A DNA stretch of 64,000 bases from Candidatus Omnitrophota bacterium (GCA_020057115.1 JAGVGJ010000010.1:615-64614); one strand, 5' to 3'; counted from the stretch's first letter, positions 9,362-20,572 are shown. The notes: generated by a model not told the origin, from the letters alone. A program made the numbers and translations.

Positions 9362-9697
9362 ATGGCGAAGAGGATATTTTTCGTTGTCCTTATTTTGTTA
9401 TTGGTTGCGAGTTTTGCGGCTGACGCGTATTGCGATACGCCGATAAAGAAGATCGGAAGGGGTATCTGCAACATACTTACCTGCCCTCTTGAATTTGTAG
9501 CGCAGATAGGCCAGGTGAATAAATCAGACGGTCCCATGTCTGCCGTCACTTACGGCGTAGCCAAAGGCGTGGTGATGGTATTGGTAAGAGGCGTCGTCGG
9601 AGTCTACGAGACGGTGACGTTCCCGCTGCCTTTCCCGCCGGATTATAAACCGATATTGACAGATCCCGAATTCGTATTCGAGGACATGAGCTGGTAG
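9362..9697 (+). CDS. small secreted protein, paralog 1. Resembles the exosortase-system-associated small protein family (TIGR04073-like).
   Basis: Perfect SD AGGGAGG 6 nt upstream. N-terminal signal peptide. Conserved core KKIGRGICNILTCPLEF...GVAKGVVMVLVRGVVGVYETVTFPLP. Family assignment is from memory of the KLGRGxxNxxxxPxEI motif, not from a search. Confidence 0.6.
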   Translation: MAKRIFFVVLILLLVASFAADAYCDTPIKKIGRGICNILTCPLEFVAQIGQVNKSDGPMSAVTYGVAKGVVMVLVRGVVGVYETVTFPLPFPPDYKPILTDPEFVFEDMSW

Positions 9698-9707
9698 GAG
9701 GCCACAG

Positions 9708-10046
9708 ATGTTAAAGACGATCATTTCGATGCTGGTTGTTTTATCATTGGTATTAAGCTTTGCCGCTTTGGGTCATTGCGATACGGCGATACAGAAACTC
9801 GGAAGGGGAGCGAGCAATATCATGGCCTCTCCTTACGAAATATACCTGCAGAGCTCAAGGATGCATAAGACCGAAGGCCCTGTCAAGGCCATCGCCTTGG
9901 GCATGCCGCAGGGCATAGCTATGATGCTCGTAAGAGCGGTCGTAGGCGTCTATGAAGTATCGACGTTCCTCATACCTATACCTAAAGCTTACGGCCCGGT
10001 TCTCAAGGAAGAGCCGGAAGTGATACAGGATGCCCTTAAATGGTAG
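9708..10046 (+). CDS. small secreted protein, paralog 2 (tandem duplicate of 9362-9697)
   Basis: Same length and architecture as the upstream gene (QKLGRGASNIMASPYEI ... GMPQGIAMMLVRAVVGVYEVSTFLIP). Signal peptide present. Confidence 0.6.
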   Translation: MLKTIISMLVVLSLVLSFAALGHCDTAIQKLGRGASNIMASPYEIYLQSSRMHKTEGPVKAIALGMPQGIAMMLVRAVVGVYEVSTFLIPIPKAYGPVLKEEPEVIQDALKW

Positions 10047-10063
10047 AAGGTCGCTGACCGGAT

Positions 10064-10140
10064 CGGGAAGTAGCGCAGCTGGCTAGCGCGCTTGGTTCGG
10101 GACCAAGAGGTCGCGGGTTCAAATCCCGCCTTCCCGACCA
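10064..10140 (+). tRNA. tRNA-Pro (anticodon CGG)
   Basis: Cloverleaf readable by eye. Acceptor CGGGAAG/CTTCCCG. D-arm GCGC...GCGC. Anticodon stem CTTGG/CCAAG with loop TTCGGGA (anticodon CGG). T-arm GCGGGTTCAAATCCCGC. Discriminator A then an encoded CCA. Confidence 0.9.
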
Positions 10141-10145
10141 TTCTA

Positions 10146-10196
10146 AATAGGGACAGCGACTATTTTTCGCTTGAAAAATAGTCGCTGTCCCTATCT
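10146..10196. repeat. perfect 21-bp palindromic hairpin (ATAGGGACAGCGACTATTTTT-CGCTTG-AAAAATAGTCGCTGTCCCTAT). Possible terminator of the tRNA and a member of a CTATTTTCG..GAAAAATAG motif family.
   Basis: Directly follows the tRNA 3' end. Shares its core motif with the hairpin at 9009-9030. Confidence 0.5.
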
Positions 10197-10261
10197 CTTT
10201 ATAGTATAATATATGCTAATTATGATAATAGCCATCGGCGCGGTTCAAAAGACGGTAAAGG

Positions 10262-10537
10262 ATGAATAAGCGTCTGCATCTATACTGCTCGGGATCCGTT
10301 CAGGGGGTTGGTTTCAGGTACGCTGCCGAGAGGCTTGCCGAGGACCTGGGACTTGCCGGCTGGGTCAGGAATTTAACGGACGGTCGGGTCGAGGTGCTGG
10401 TTGAGGGTAAGGAGAGCGCGCTCGGGGAGTTCCTCAGTAAGATCGAAGAGATCTTTAGCGGCTATATACGCGATATCGATAAGAACTCAAGCGAAGCCAC
10501 GGGCGAGTTCGAAGGTTTTGAAGTGAGGTTTGATTGA
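10262..10537 (+). CDS. acyP: acylphosphatase
   Basis: 91 aa. GSVQGVGFRY and GWVRNLTDGRVEV motifs are classical acylphosphatase signatures. Confidence 0.8.
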   Translation: MNKRLHLYCSGSVQGVGFRYAAERLAEDLGLAGWVRNLTDGRVEVLVEGKESALGEFLSKIEEIFSGYIRDIDKNSSEATGEFEGFEVRFD

Positions 10538-10538
10538 T

Positions 10539-11261
10539 ATGAGATATGCCGTCATCTCCGACATACACGGCAACCTGGAGGCATTCCAGGCCGTGCTGGA
10601 AGCGATCTCGAAAGATAGGGTCGACAGGTACCTTTCTCTGGGCGATGTCGTGGGCTATGGCGCCGACCCATCGGCATGCATAAAGCTGCTTAAGACATTG
10701 TCTCCGGAAGTGCTGGTAGCAGGGAACCACGAATGGGGCGTCCTTGGGCAATTTGAGCTCGGGTATTTCAATGACGCCGCCAAGGCCGCTATCGAATGGA
10801 CGAAGACGAGGATCAGCAAGGAAGAGATCGAATATTTAAGGTCTTTCAAGCTTGCTTACGAGGGCAAGGATTTCGCGCTTGTTCACGGCTCATTGGACGC
10901 GCCGGAAGAATTCAGTTACATATTGAACGATTATGACGCCTACCACAACATGAAGTTCATGAAGCCTCCGGTATGTTTTGTGGGCCATTCTCACGTGGCG
11001 GGAATATTTTATTCCGGCACCAGGGTGAAGCTTGCGACCGGCAAGATAACGATCGAGCCTGACAGGAAATATGTGGCAAATGCGGGCAGCATAGGCCAGC
11101 CGCGCGACTCGGATCCGCTCGCCGCCTATGCGATATACGACGACAAAGAAGCTACCCTAGAGATCAAAAGGGTCTCCTACGACATAAAGAAAGCCCAGGA
11201 GAAGATACTGCAGGCGGGCCTGCCGCCGATACTTGCCTACAGGCTCGCCCAGGGACGGTAA
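10539..11261 (+). CDS. calcineurin-like metallophosphoesterase
   Basis: MRYAVISDIHGN, LGDVVGYG, GNHE and GHSH motifs match the metallophosphoesterase metal-binding motifs. ATG at 10539 with GAGG upstream chosen over the ORF-track TTG at 10530. Confidence 0.75.
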   Translation: MRYAVISDIHGNLEAFQAVLEAISKDRVDRYLSLGDVVGYGADPSACIKLLKTLSPEVLVAGNHEWGVLGQFELGYFNDAAKAAIEWTKTRISKEEIEYLRSFKLAYEGKDFALVHGSLDAPEEFSYILNDYDAYHNMKFMKPPVCFVGHSHVAGIFYSGTRVKLATGKITIEPDRKYVANAGSIGQPRDSDPLAAYAIYDDKEATLEIKRVSYDIKKAQEKILQAGLPPILAYRLAQGR

Positions 11262-13271
<2,010 letters not shown>

Positions 13272-13290
13272 CCTAAACAAGGAGTTATGC

Positions 13291-13920
13291 ATGAAAAGAT
13301 TTTCGAATATTTTGATAGTAACATGCCTCGCGATAAGTCTTGCCGGCTGTAGCCCGGAATGGCAGAAGAAGTTCACGAGAAAGAAGAAGGATGTCAAGAA
13401 GAGGCCCAAGATATACCAGGAGAGAAAATATCCGAAGAAACCGAGCCCCGAAATTTACAAAAAACATTATTCATACGTAGTGACATGGATGTCCGAGCTC
13501 TTATCCGACCTCGGGGGTAATCATAAAAAGGATGTCCGGTGCATGGAAGAGATAGTCTCGAACATGAAGGACATGCAGAACGTGCTTGTCCCGGAATGGC
13601 AAGACAAGTTCCAGGTGCATATAGACAGGATAATGAAAGTCAGAGAGATAATCCTTTATGAAGACCTCTCCAAGTTCAATATCGATTACGTGAAGAGCTC
13701 CCTCGAAAGGGAGGACAGGGCGATAAAGCGCGACTTCTCTTATAAGAGAGCAAAGGACCACCTTGTGAAGACTTCCGAGGAAGAGGCGCAAGTCACGCCG
13801 ACAAGCGTAGAGGCGCCCGTATCCGCATCCGTGGTCCAGACGCCGCCGGTCGAGGAAGCTAAAGCCGCAGAAAATAGCGAGGCAAAGGATGAAGCCAAGC
13901 CGCAAGGCGCTGGTCAATAG
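13291..13920 (+). CDS. hypothetical lipoprotein (lipobox LAGC), lysine-rich
   Basis: MKRFSNILIVTCLAISLAGCSPE signal and lipobox. Start chosen at the ATG just downstream of the ligA stop. The remainder is a charged low-complexity sequence. Confidence 0.55.
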   Translation: MKRFSNILIVTCLAISLAGCSPEWQKKFTRKKKDVKKRPKIYQERKYPKKPSPEIYKKHYSYVVTWMSELLSDLGGNHKKDVRCMEEIVSNMKDMQNVLVPEWQDKFQVHIDRIMKVREIILYEDLSKFNIDYVKSSLEREDRAIKRDFSYKRAKDHLVKTSEEEAQVTPTSVEAPVSASVVQTPPVEEAKAAENSEAKDEAKPQGAGQ

Positions 13921-14518
13921 GTTCGTCGTAGGACCGCTCGGGGTGAACTGCTATGTCGTGGCAGACCCGGACACAAAGGATGCCTGTGTCATAGACCCTG
14001 GCGCCGACGGAGACAAGATAAAGCGCTTCATAGACAAGAACGGCCTTAAGCTTAAGTTCATAATAAACACGCACGGCCACGGCGACCATATCGCTTCAAA
14101 TAAGGAGCTGGGCGCGCCCGTATATATCCATGCCGCAGACAAGGATTGCCTGACAGATCCGAAGAAGAACATGTCTGCCGGGATATTCATGTTCGACATA
14201 GTCTCGCCCGAAGCCGCGAGGCTTTTAAAGGACGGCGAATCAATAAGCCTGGGGTCGCTTGAGATGAAGGTATTACACACGCCGGGACATACCAGGGGCT
14301 CGATATCGCTGGTTTTGGATAATGTGATATTTACCGGCGATACGTTATTTCACGGCGGGGTAGGCCGCTCGGACCTTCCCGGAGGGGATGAAGACGAGAT
14401 CTTGAGTTCTATAAGGGAGAAACTCCTTACATTCGAAGACGATATCATTGTATACCCCGGGCATGGCGGGCCGTCGACGATAGGCGAGGAGAGGAAGAAT
14501 AATCCGTTTTTAGCATAG
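13889..14518 (+). CDS. MBL-fold metallo-hydrolase (glyoxalase II-like)
   Basis: VGPLGVNCYVV N-terminus, HGHGDH zinc motif, and downstream HTPGHTRGS and GDTLFHGGVGR motifs. The start overlaps the upstream ORF by 32 nt and is uncertain. Confidence 0.75.
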   Translation: MKPSRKALVNRFVVGPLGVNCYVVADPDTKDACVIDPGADGDKIKRFIDKNGLKLKFIINTHGHGDHIASNKELGAPVYIHAADKDCLTDPKKNMSAGIFMFDIVSPEAARLLKDGESISLGSLEMKVLHTPGHTRGSISLVLDNVIFTGDTLFHGGVGRSDLPGGDEDEILSSIREKLLTFEDDIIVYPGHGGPSTIGEERKNNPFLA

Positions 14519-14546
14519 GGTCCAGGGGCCAGGGTCAAGGGTCCAG
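14518..14546 (+). repeat. GGGTCCAGGGGCCAGGGTCAAGGGTCCAG intergenic repeat, copy 1
   Basis: 29-nt element made of GGGTCCAG/GGGCCAG/GGTCAAG units. Near-identical copies at 54694-54722 and 60889-60917 and an inverted variant at 61309-61337. Confidence 0.8.
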
Positions 14547-14564
14547 AGGTGCAAAATCAAGGCG

Positions 14565-15443
14565 ATGCTTGAAGAGTTCTTGAATTATATGACCGTAGAG
14601 AAGGGGCTGAGCAAGAACACGGTCGCCTCTTACCGGACGGATCTCGTCCATTTCATCGGGCATTTCGAGAAGATAGGCGTAAAGGATATCGACAGGATAA
14701 AGCGGCAGGATATAACCGATTACATGCTGGGCTTAAAAGAGAAGGGCCTGTCGAGCAACTCCATATCGCGGGCGCTTGTTGCCATAAAGATGTTCTACAG
14801 GTTCCTCGTCCAGGAGCATTTCATAAAGGATGATATCGCCGGTATCATCGAATCGCCGAAACTCATAAGGCCGCTTCCTAACGTGATGGGCATGCAGGAC
14901 GTGGAAAGGCTTCTCGACTCCCCGGATCTTCGCGACTGGATGGGCGTGCGTGATAAGGCGGCCCTCGAACTTATGTATGCGACCGGCATGCGCGTCTCGG
15001 AACTCGTCGAGCTGACCATGGAGGGGTTGAACCTGGACGTAGGTTTTATAAAATGCAGGGGCAAGGGCGACAAAGAGCGCATAGTCCCTATCGGCAAGAA
15101 GGCCAAAGAGGCCGTGATCCGCTATATGGAAAAGGTGAGGCCTAAGCTGCTCAAGAAGAGGCAGGACCCGCATCTTTTCATATCAAGGCTGGGAAAGAAG
15201 GTCTCGAGGGTATCTTTCTGGAAGATGATAAAAAGATGCTCCAAGGCGGCGCGCATAAAGAAGGATGTAACGCCTCATACCTTGAGGCACAGTTTTGCGA
15301 CCCATCTTTTGGAGCGCGGAGCGGACTTGAGGGTGGTGCAGGAGATGCTCGGGCATTCCGACATATCCACTACCCAGATATATACCCATATAAACAAAGA
15401 GAGATTAAAGTCTATACACAAACAGTTCCATCCGCGCCCTTAA
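14565..15443 (+). CDS. xerD: tyrosine site-specific recombinase, XerD-like
   Basis: N-terminal SAM-like domain (LSKNTVASYRTDL). C-terminal catalytic region with HTLRHSFATHLL, LGHSDISTTQIYTH and the catalytic Tyr. The HSD variant of the last motif favours XerD over XerC. Confidence 0.8.
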   Translation: MLEEFLNYMTVEKGLSKNTVASYRTDLVHFIGHFEKIGVKDIDRIKRQDITDYMLGLKEKGLSSNSISRALVAIKMFYRFLVQEHFIKDDIAGIIESPKLIRPLPNVMGMQDVERLLDSPDLRDWMGVRDKAALELMYATGMRVSELVELTMEGLNLDVGFIKCRGKGDKERIVPIGKKAKEAVIRYMEKVRPKLLKKRQDPHLFISRLGKKVSRVSFWKMIKRCSKAARIKKDVTPHTLRHSFATHLLERGADLRVVQEMLGHSDISTTQIYTHINKERLKSIHKQFHPRP

Positions 15444-15468
15444 AAGCGCGGTCATTAAAGGGGGCAAG

Positions 15469-16239
15469 ATGTCTTCATATTTTCGTGATCTAAAAGTTAT
15501 TTTTACGGTAGCGCTTGTAGCGTCATTACTTGCGGCATCGAGCGGTTGCGCTAAGAAGGCGAAGGTCCCCGCAGACGACGCGGTATTCAAGAAGGCCATG
15601 GAATATGCCAGGGATGGTAAAGCCGATGAAGCGATACTTGGATTCACAAAGGCTATAAAATTGAATCCGGAGAATGCCAACTCATACAATAATCGCGGCC
15701 ATATATATGCCGCAAGGGGCGAGATAGATCTTGCCATGGCCGATTACAATAAAGCGATAGAAGTAAATCCGAACCTTACCATGGCGTATTACAACCGCGG
15801 AGTATTGCGCGAAGGCAAAGGAGAGATCAAAGATGCTATTGATGATTATACGAGAGCCATCAATATGGGCATGGAACAGGCGCATCTGGTCTACAATAGC
15901 CGCGGACTTGCTTATGCAAAGAAGGGTAATTATGTCCAGTCGATATCAGATTGCACGAAGGCGATCGAATTAAATCCCGGATACCTGGAGGCCTATAATA
16001 ACAGGGGGCTTGCATATGCCGCTAAAGGGGATGTGGACCAAGCCATTTTAGATTTTAGCAAGATAATAATGTATAACCCGAATATCCCGCTTGCATATTT
16101 CAACCGGGCGGTGGCTTATTATAAGAAGGGGAACTACGATAAGAGCTGGGAGGATGTTTATAAAGCCCAGGCTATGGGGATGAAACCGGATCCGAGATTC
16201 CTGGATGCCCTGCAGAATGATTCCGGAAGGCGAAGGTAG
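15469..16239 (+). CDS. TPR-repeat lipoprotein
   Basis: Signal peptide with LAASSGC lipobox, followed by at least six 34-aa TPR units (AxxYNNRGxxYAxKGxxDxAIxDYxKAIELNP pattern). Confidence 0.75.
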   Translation: MSSYFRDLKVIFTVALVASLLAASSGCAKKAKVPADDAVFKKAMEYARDGKADEAILGFTKAIKLNPENANSYNNRGHIYAARGEIDLAMADYNKAIEVNPNLTMAYYNRGVLREGKGEIKDAIDDYTRAINMGMEQAHLVYNSRGLAYAKKGNYVQSISDCTKAIELNPGYLEAYNNRGLAYAAKGDVDQAILDFSKIIMYNPNIPLAYFNRAVAYYKKGNYDKSWEDVYKAQAMGMKPDPRFLDALQNDSGRRR

Positions 16240-18843
16240 ATGGACCTGATAACTACGCATGTAAATGCCGATTTCGACGCGCTTGGATCGCTTGTAGCGG
16301 CGAAGAAGCTCTATCCTGAATCGCGGCTTCTCTTGCCCGGCTCGCAGGAACAGGCGGTGAGGGAGTTTTTGTCGCTGGCAAAAGAGGCGATAATCGTTGA
16401 GTCGGAGAAGGAGTGCAGCCTCGACGGCATTGACAGGCTGATACTCGTCGATACGCGCCAGCCTTCCAGGATAGGGATAGCTGCAAAGCTGCTCGACAAG
16501 GGCGTTGAGGTCCATGTATATGACCACCATCCTCCGATGAAGGGCGATGTGGTCGCGGATAAGGATACTTCCGAAGAGGTCGGCTCGACCATCACCATAC
16601 TGGCCGACATGATAAAACGAAAGCATATCAAGCTCTCTTACCTTGAGGCCACGATAATGCTTCTCGGCATATACGAAGAGACCGGATCTTTGACATACAG
16701 GACGACGACGAACCTCGACGTTGACATGGTAAGCTTTCTCCTCTCGCAGGGGGCCAGCCTGTCCATGGTCTCAAGCTATATCAACAGGGAATTGACCGAA
16801 GCGGAGCTGTCGCTCCTCACCAGGCTCATCAATTCGACCGAGAGGGTGACCGTTAACGGCATCCACGTATCGATGATAGAGTTGTCCGGCGGGGATTACG
16901 TGGGCGAGCTCGGGATGCTGATACACAAACTTCTCGATGTGGAGAATATACCGGTATTATTCGTCCTTTTGGACAATTCCGGGCATGGCAGGGTCGACAT
17001 AATAGCGCGCTCCAAAATCCCGTCGGTAGATGTGAACAGGGTCCTGGCCTCTTTCGGCGGAGGAGGCCATCCGAGCGCTGCTGCAGCGAAGGTCCGCTCG
17101 CATGACGCCGGCGCCGTAAAAGAGAAGCTCATAAAAGTATTGAAGAGAAATATAAAACTCAAGATATGCGCGCTGGATATCATGTCCCGCGAAACGGAGA
17201 GCGTAAGGCCCGCCAGCAGGGTGGATGACACCAAACAGGCGCTTCTAAAAGCTCGCACGAGCGGCCTGCCTGTGGTGGATCGCGGCAGGATAGCCGGCAT
17301 CATCACTTTCGGGATGCTGAACAAGGCGATAAGGCGCGGCTACGGCCATTCAAAGGTGAAGGGCTACATGTCGAGTTCCTTCGTTACCGTAAAGCCCGAG
17401 ACCCCGCTTCATGAGATACACAGGATAATGCTGAAAGATAATATCGGGATACTGCCTGTCGTGAAATACGGGAAAATGGTGGGCATTATCAACAGGACCG
17501 ATGTCCTGCGCAGCGTCCACGCGTCACTCTATTCCGGCCCTAAAGTGGTAGAGAAGAAGGTGGTGGTGAACCTTGCCAAGAAGATGGACCAGTGTTTTCC
17601 CAAAAAGGTCACAACGGTTTTAAAACATATCGGAAGGCTCGCCAACTCGTTCGGATATACGGCATTCGTCGTAGGAGGGCTTGTGAGGGACCTTCTCCTG
17701 GGATGTAAGAACCTGGACCTCGATATCGTGATAGAACCGAATGCCATGGATTTCGGAAGGATACTCTCAAAAGATCTCGGAGGGACGCTCGTCGTGCATA
17801 AGAAGTTCGGCACATGCACGGTCTTCATGAAGAACGGAATGAAGATAGACCTTGCCACTGCGCGCAAAGAGACATATGAAAAGCCGGCAGCCCTTCCCAC
17901 GGTCGAATTTAGCTCTTTGAAAAATGACCTTATCCGCCGGGACTTTACGATAAATGCCATGGCCGCAAGCCTCAATAAGGAAAATTTCGGCCAGCTGATA
18001 GACTTCTTCGGAGGCGAGGCTGACCTGGCCCGCGGCAGGATAAGGGCGCTCCACGACAAGAGCTTTATAGATGACCCTACCAGGATATTCAGGGCCGTCC
18101 GTTTCGAGCAGCGCCTCGGGTTCGCCGTCGAAAAACACACCGAAGAGCTTATACTTGGGGCCGTAGAGAAGGAGATGATAGAAAAAGTCCAGCCCCAGCG
18201 CATAAGAGATGAGATAATGTTGATACTCCAGGAGGAAGGCGCGCTAAAAGCCCTTAAGAGGATGGCGGAACTGCACGAGCTTAAATTCATACACCATGAT
18301 CTTAAGCTGGATAGGAAGATGGTAGAGCTCTACGGCTCAATAGACATGACCTGCCGTGGGTACGGATCGCTTCCCGGTAAGGGGCCGGCTGAAAGATGGC
18401 TCATATACCTTATGGCGCTCCTGGAACAGCTGAGCCATAAAGAGATAGCCTCGATATGCCGCGAGTTCGTATTCCGGAAATCCGACACGATGCGGATACT
18501 CTCTTACAAGAGATACGGGAAGGCGGCCGCCCGGGCGCTGGCAGGGAATGCGAGGATGCGCCCGAGCGAGGTCTATAAGATACTGAACAAATTATCCGAC
18601 GAGGCGATGATGCTTCTTCTCGCCTCCGCTACCTCAAAACTTGCAAAGGCCAGGATAAAAGATTTCATCGGGAAGCACAGCCTTGTGCGGATAGCCGTAA
18701 AAGGCGATGATATAAAAGCGCTGGGACTGAAGCCCGGGCCGAAGTTCAAGAAGATATTGGACAAGGTATTGCATAAAAAGATAGATGGAGAGCTCAGGAC
18801 CAGGACGGACGAGCTCAAATTCATAAAGACGGAGATATCATGA
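16240..18843 (+). CDS. cca: multidomain tRNA nucleotidyltransferase (CCA-adding / poly(A) polymerase family) with N-terminal DHH-DHHA1 phosphoesterase and tandem CBS domains
   Basis: N-terminus MDLITTHVNADFDALGS and DHHPP (DHH). GGGGHPSAAAA (DHHA1 GGGH). Two CBS-like segments around aa 300-430. Then the nucleotidyltransferase head FVVGGLVRDLLLGC...DLDIV and the RF tail motif of the PolyA_pol family. This architecture is known in Aquificae/Thermotogae-type CCA enzymes. Confidence 0.8.
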   Translation: MDLITTHVNADFDALGSLVAAKKLYPESRLLLPGSQEQAVREFLSLAKEAIIVESEKECSLDGIDRLILVDTRQPSRIGIAAKLLDKGVEVHVYDHHPPMKGDVVADKDTSEEVGSTITILADMIKRKHIKLSYLEATIMLLGIYEETGSLTYRTTTNLDVDMVSFLLSQGASLSMVSSYINRELTEAELSLLTRLINSTERVTVNGIHVSMIELSGGDYVGELGMLIHKLLDVENIPVLFVLLDNSGHGRVDIIARSKIPSVDVNRVLASFGGGGHPSAAAAKVRSHDAGAVKEKLIKVLKRNIKLKICALDIMSRETESVRPASRVDDTKQALLKARTSGLPVVDRGRIAGIITFGMLNKAIRRGYGHSKVKGYMSSSFVTVKPETPLHEIHRIMLKDNIGILPVVKYGKMVGIINRTDVLRSVHASLYSGPKVVEKKVVVNLAKKMDQCFPKKVTTVLKHIGRLANSFGYTAFVVGGLVRDLLLGCKNLDLDIVIEPNAMDFGRILSKDLGGTLVVHKKFGTCTVFMKNGMKIDLATARKETYEKPAALPTVEFSSLKNDLIRRDFTINAMAASLNKENFGQLIDFFGGEADLARGRIRALHDKSFIDDPTRIFRAVRFEQRLGFAVEKHTEELILGAVEKEMIEKVQPQRIRDEIMLILQEEGALKALKRMAELHELKFIHHDLKLDRKMVELYGSIDMTCRGYGSLPGKGPAERWLIYLMALLEQLSHKEIASICREFVFRKSDTMRILSYKRYGKAAARALAGNARMRPSEVYKILNKLSDEAMMLLLASATSKLAKARIKDFIGKHSLVRIAVKGDDIKALGLKPGPKFKKILDKVLHKKIDGELRTRTDELKFIKTEIS

Positions 18844-19226
18844 CGACACAGAGGCCGGAGAGGGTCCAGGAAGCGATAAGGGAAGAGGTGGCAAAGATAG
18901 TCCAGCAGGAAATAAAAGATCCGAGGATAGGATTCATTACTATAACAAAAGTCGAGCTTACCAGGGACCTAAGGTTTGCCAGGATATATTTCAGCATCCT
19001 GGGAGATCCCAAGGACAAGCATAAGGCGCTAAAGGGGCTCAATAACGCGAAGGGCTATATCAAGGGGCGTCTGGCCGATAAGGTCAAACTAAGGTTCATG
19101 CCTGACATAGCCTTTAAGATAGACGACTCTTTTGAATATACGAAACATATATATGACCTGCTGGACAAGCTGAAGAAGGAGAGGAAAGAAGATGGACCAG
19201 ATAATCAAGACGATAAGGGCGAATAA
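18840..19226 (+). CDS. rbfA: ribosome-binding factor A
   Basis: 128 aa. RVQEAIREEVAKIVQQEIKDPRIGFITITKVELTRDLRFARIYFS is the canonical RbfA KH-like core. Overlaps the upstream stop (ATGA). Confidence 0.9.
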   Translation: MTTQRPERVQEAIREEVAKIVQQEIKDPRIGFITITKVELTRDLRFARIYFSILGDPKDKHKALKGLNNAKGYIKGRLADKVKLRFMPDIAFKIDDSFEYTKHIYDLLDKLKKERKEDGPDNQDDKGE

Positions 19227-20154
19227 TCGTTTTCTCATAACGGCGCATGTCAATCTCGAGGGAGATTCTCTCGGAAGCCAGCTTGCCATGAAGGAGCTCC
19301 TGGACGCTCTCGGCAAGGAGGCGTTCATATATGACGCCGACCAGGTCCCGGAGCATCTAAGGTTCCTTCCGAAAGCGGACCGGGTCCTGAACAAGATAAC
19401 ATCCGCGGACAAGTTCGACGTGGCGCTCGTTCTCGACTGCCCGACCTTAAAAAGGGTCGGGAAGGTCGCAGACTCCATAAAGGACAAATTCATTGTCAAC
19501 ATAGACCACCACATATCGAACGAGAAGTTCGGCAGGATAAACTGGGTCGACGCCAAGGCGAGCTCGGCAGGCGAGATGGTCTACAGGCTCTTCAAGGATA
19601 TGGATGTCGAGCTTACGAAAGAGGCGGCCCTCTGCCTTTATATAGCCATCCTGACAGATACCGGCTCATTCAATTATGATAATACGTCTAAGGTCACTCA
19701 CGAAATAGCCGGAGAGCTTTTGGGATATGGGTTGGACCCGGCCGAGGTTTCGGAGAACGTATACGAGCGCAGGGACATAGCCGACATAAAACTGCTCGGC
19801 CGCGTCCTTTCTACGGTAAAAGTGGACAAGACCGGGGACATAGCATATATGGAGCTTACGAAGAAGATGCTTGAAGAGACAGGCGCCGATATCTCGAAGT
19901 CCGAAGGCCTTGTGAATTATGCCAGGTCCATAGACAAGGTCATGGTGGCGATGTTATTCCGGGAGGACCCGAAGTATCCGGGCAAGATCCATGTCAGCTT
20001 CCGGGCCAAGGCAGATGCCGACGTGAACAAGATAGCCTCATCCTTCGGAGGCGGCGGCCACACGAAGGCCTCCGGCTGCGTTATAGACGGAACTCTTGCG
20101 GAAGTTGAGAATAAGGTGATCGCGAAAGTTGAGGAGATGCTCCATAAAGATTAA
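19192..20154 (+). CDS. nrnA: bifunctional oligoribonuclease / pAp phosphatase NrnA (DHH-DHHA1)
   Basis: ITAHVNLEGDSLGS (DHH motif I/II region), DHH at about aa 105, and C-terminal GGGGH. Typical position after rbfA. Confidence 0.8.
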   Translation: MDQIIKTIRANNRFLITAHVNLEGDSLGSQLAMKELLDALGKEAFIYDADQVPEHLRFLPKADRVLNKITSADKFDVALVLDCPTLKRVGKVADSIKDKFIVNIDHHISNEKFGRINWVDAKASSAGEMVYRLFKDMDVELTKEAALCLYIAILTDTGSFNYDNTSKVTHEIAGELLGYGLDPAEVSENVYERRDIADIKLLGRVLSTVKVDKTGDIAYMELTKKMLEETGADISKSEGLVNYARSIDKVMVAMLFREDPKYPGKIHVSFRAKADADVNKIASSFGGGGHTKASGCVIDGTLAEVENKVIAKVEEMLHKD

Positions 20155-20175
20155 GAAGAAGGCGCAGGTGAGGGC

Positions 20176-20553
20176 ATGATAAGAAAACTTCTTGTCGTAG
20201 ATGATGAACGCGATTTCGTCAAGTTCCTGAAGCTAAACCTCGAAGAAGCAGGATATGAAGTAGCCGCAGCCTATGACGGCGAGGAGGGGCTCGAGAAAGT
20301 CCTTAAAGAGAAGCCGGACCTGATGATCCTTGATATCACGCTGCCGAAGATGGACGGGTATCAGGTCTTAAGGCGCTTTAGGAGCGAAGAGAAGTACAGA
20401 GACTATAAAGATATGCCGGTCATAATGCTTACCAGTCATCATGATGCCAAAGACATAATGATGGGCATGGACATGGGCGCCGTATCATACATAGCAAAGC
20501 CGTTCCATGTGAGCGCGCTCTTGGGGATAATAGACGGTATAATCGGAAAGTAG
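20176..20553 (+). CDS. stand-alone response regulator receiver domain (CheY-like)
   Basis: 125 aa. LLVVDDERDF acidic pocket, phospho-acceptor Asp in LMILDITLPKMDG, and conserved T (LTSH) and K (IAKP) positions. Confidence 0.8.
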   Translation: MIRKLLVVDDERDFVKFLKLNLEEAGYEVAAAYDGEEGLEKVLKEKPDLMILDITLPKMDGYQVLRRFRSEEKYRDYKDMPVIMLTSHHDAKDIMMGMDMGAVSYIAKPFHVSALLGIIDGIIGK

Positions 20554-20572
20554 ACGGCTGGAGGCAGAGGGC

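Noticed and set aside
10530-10538. TTG start for the metallophosphoesterase giving MIDMRYA
   Set aside because: An ATG at 10539 with GAGG about 10 nt upstream yields the canonical MRYAVISDIHGN N-terminus, so the TTG extension is unnecessary.
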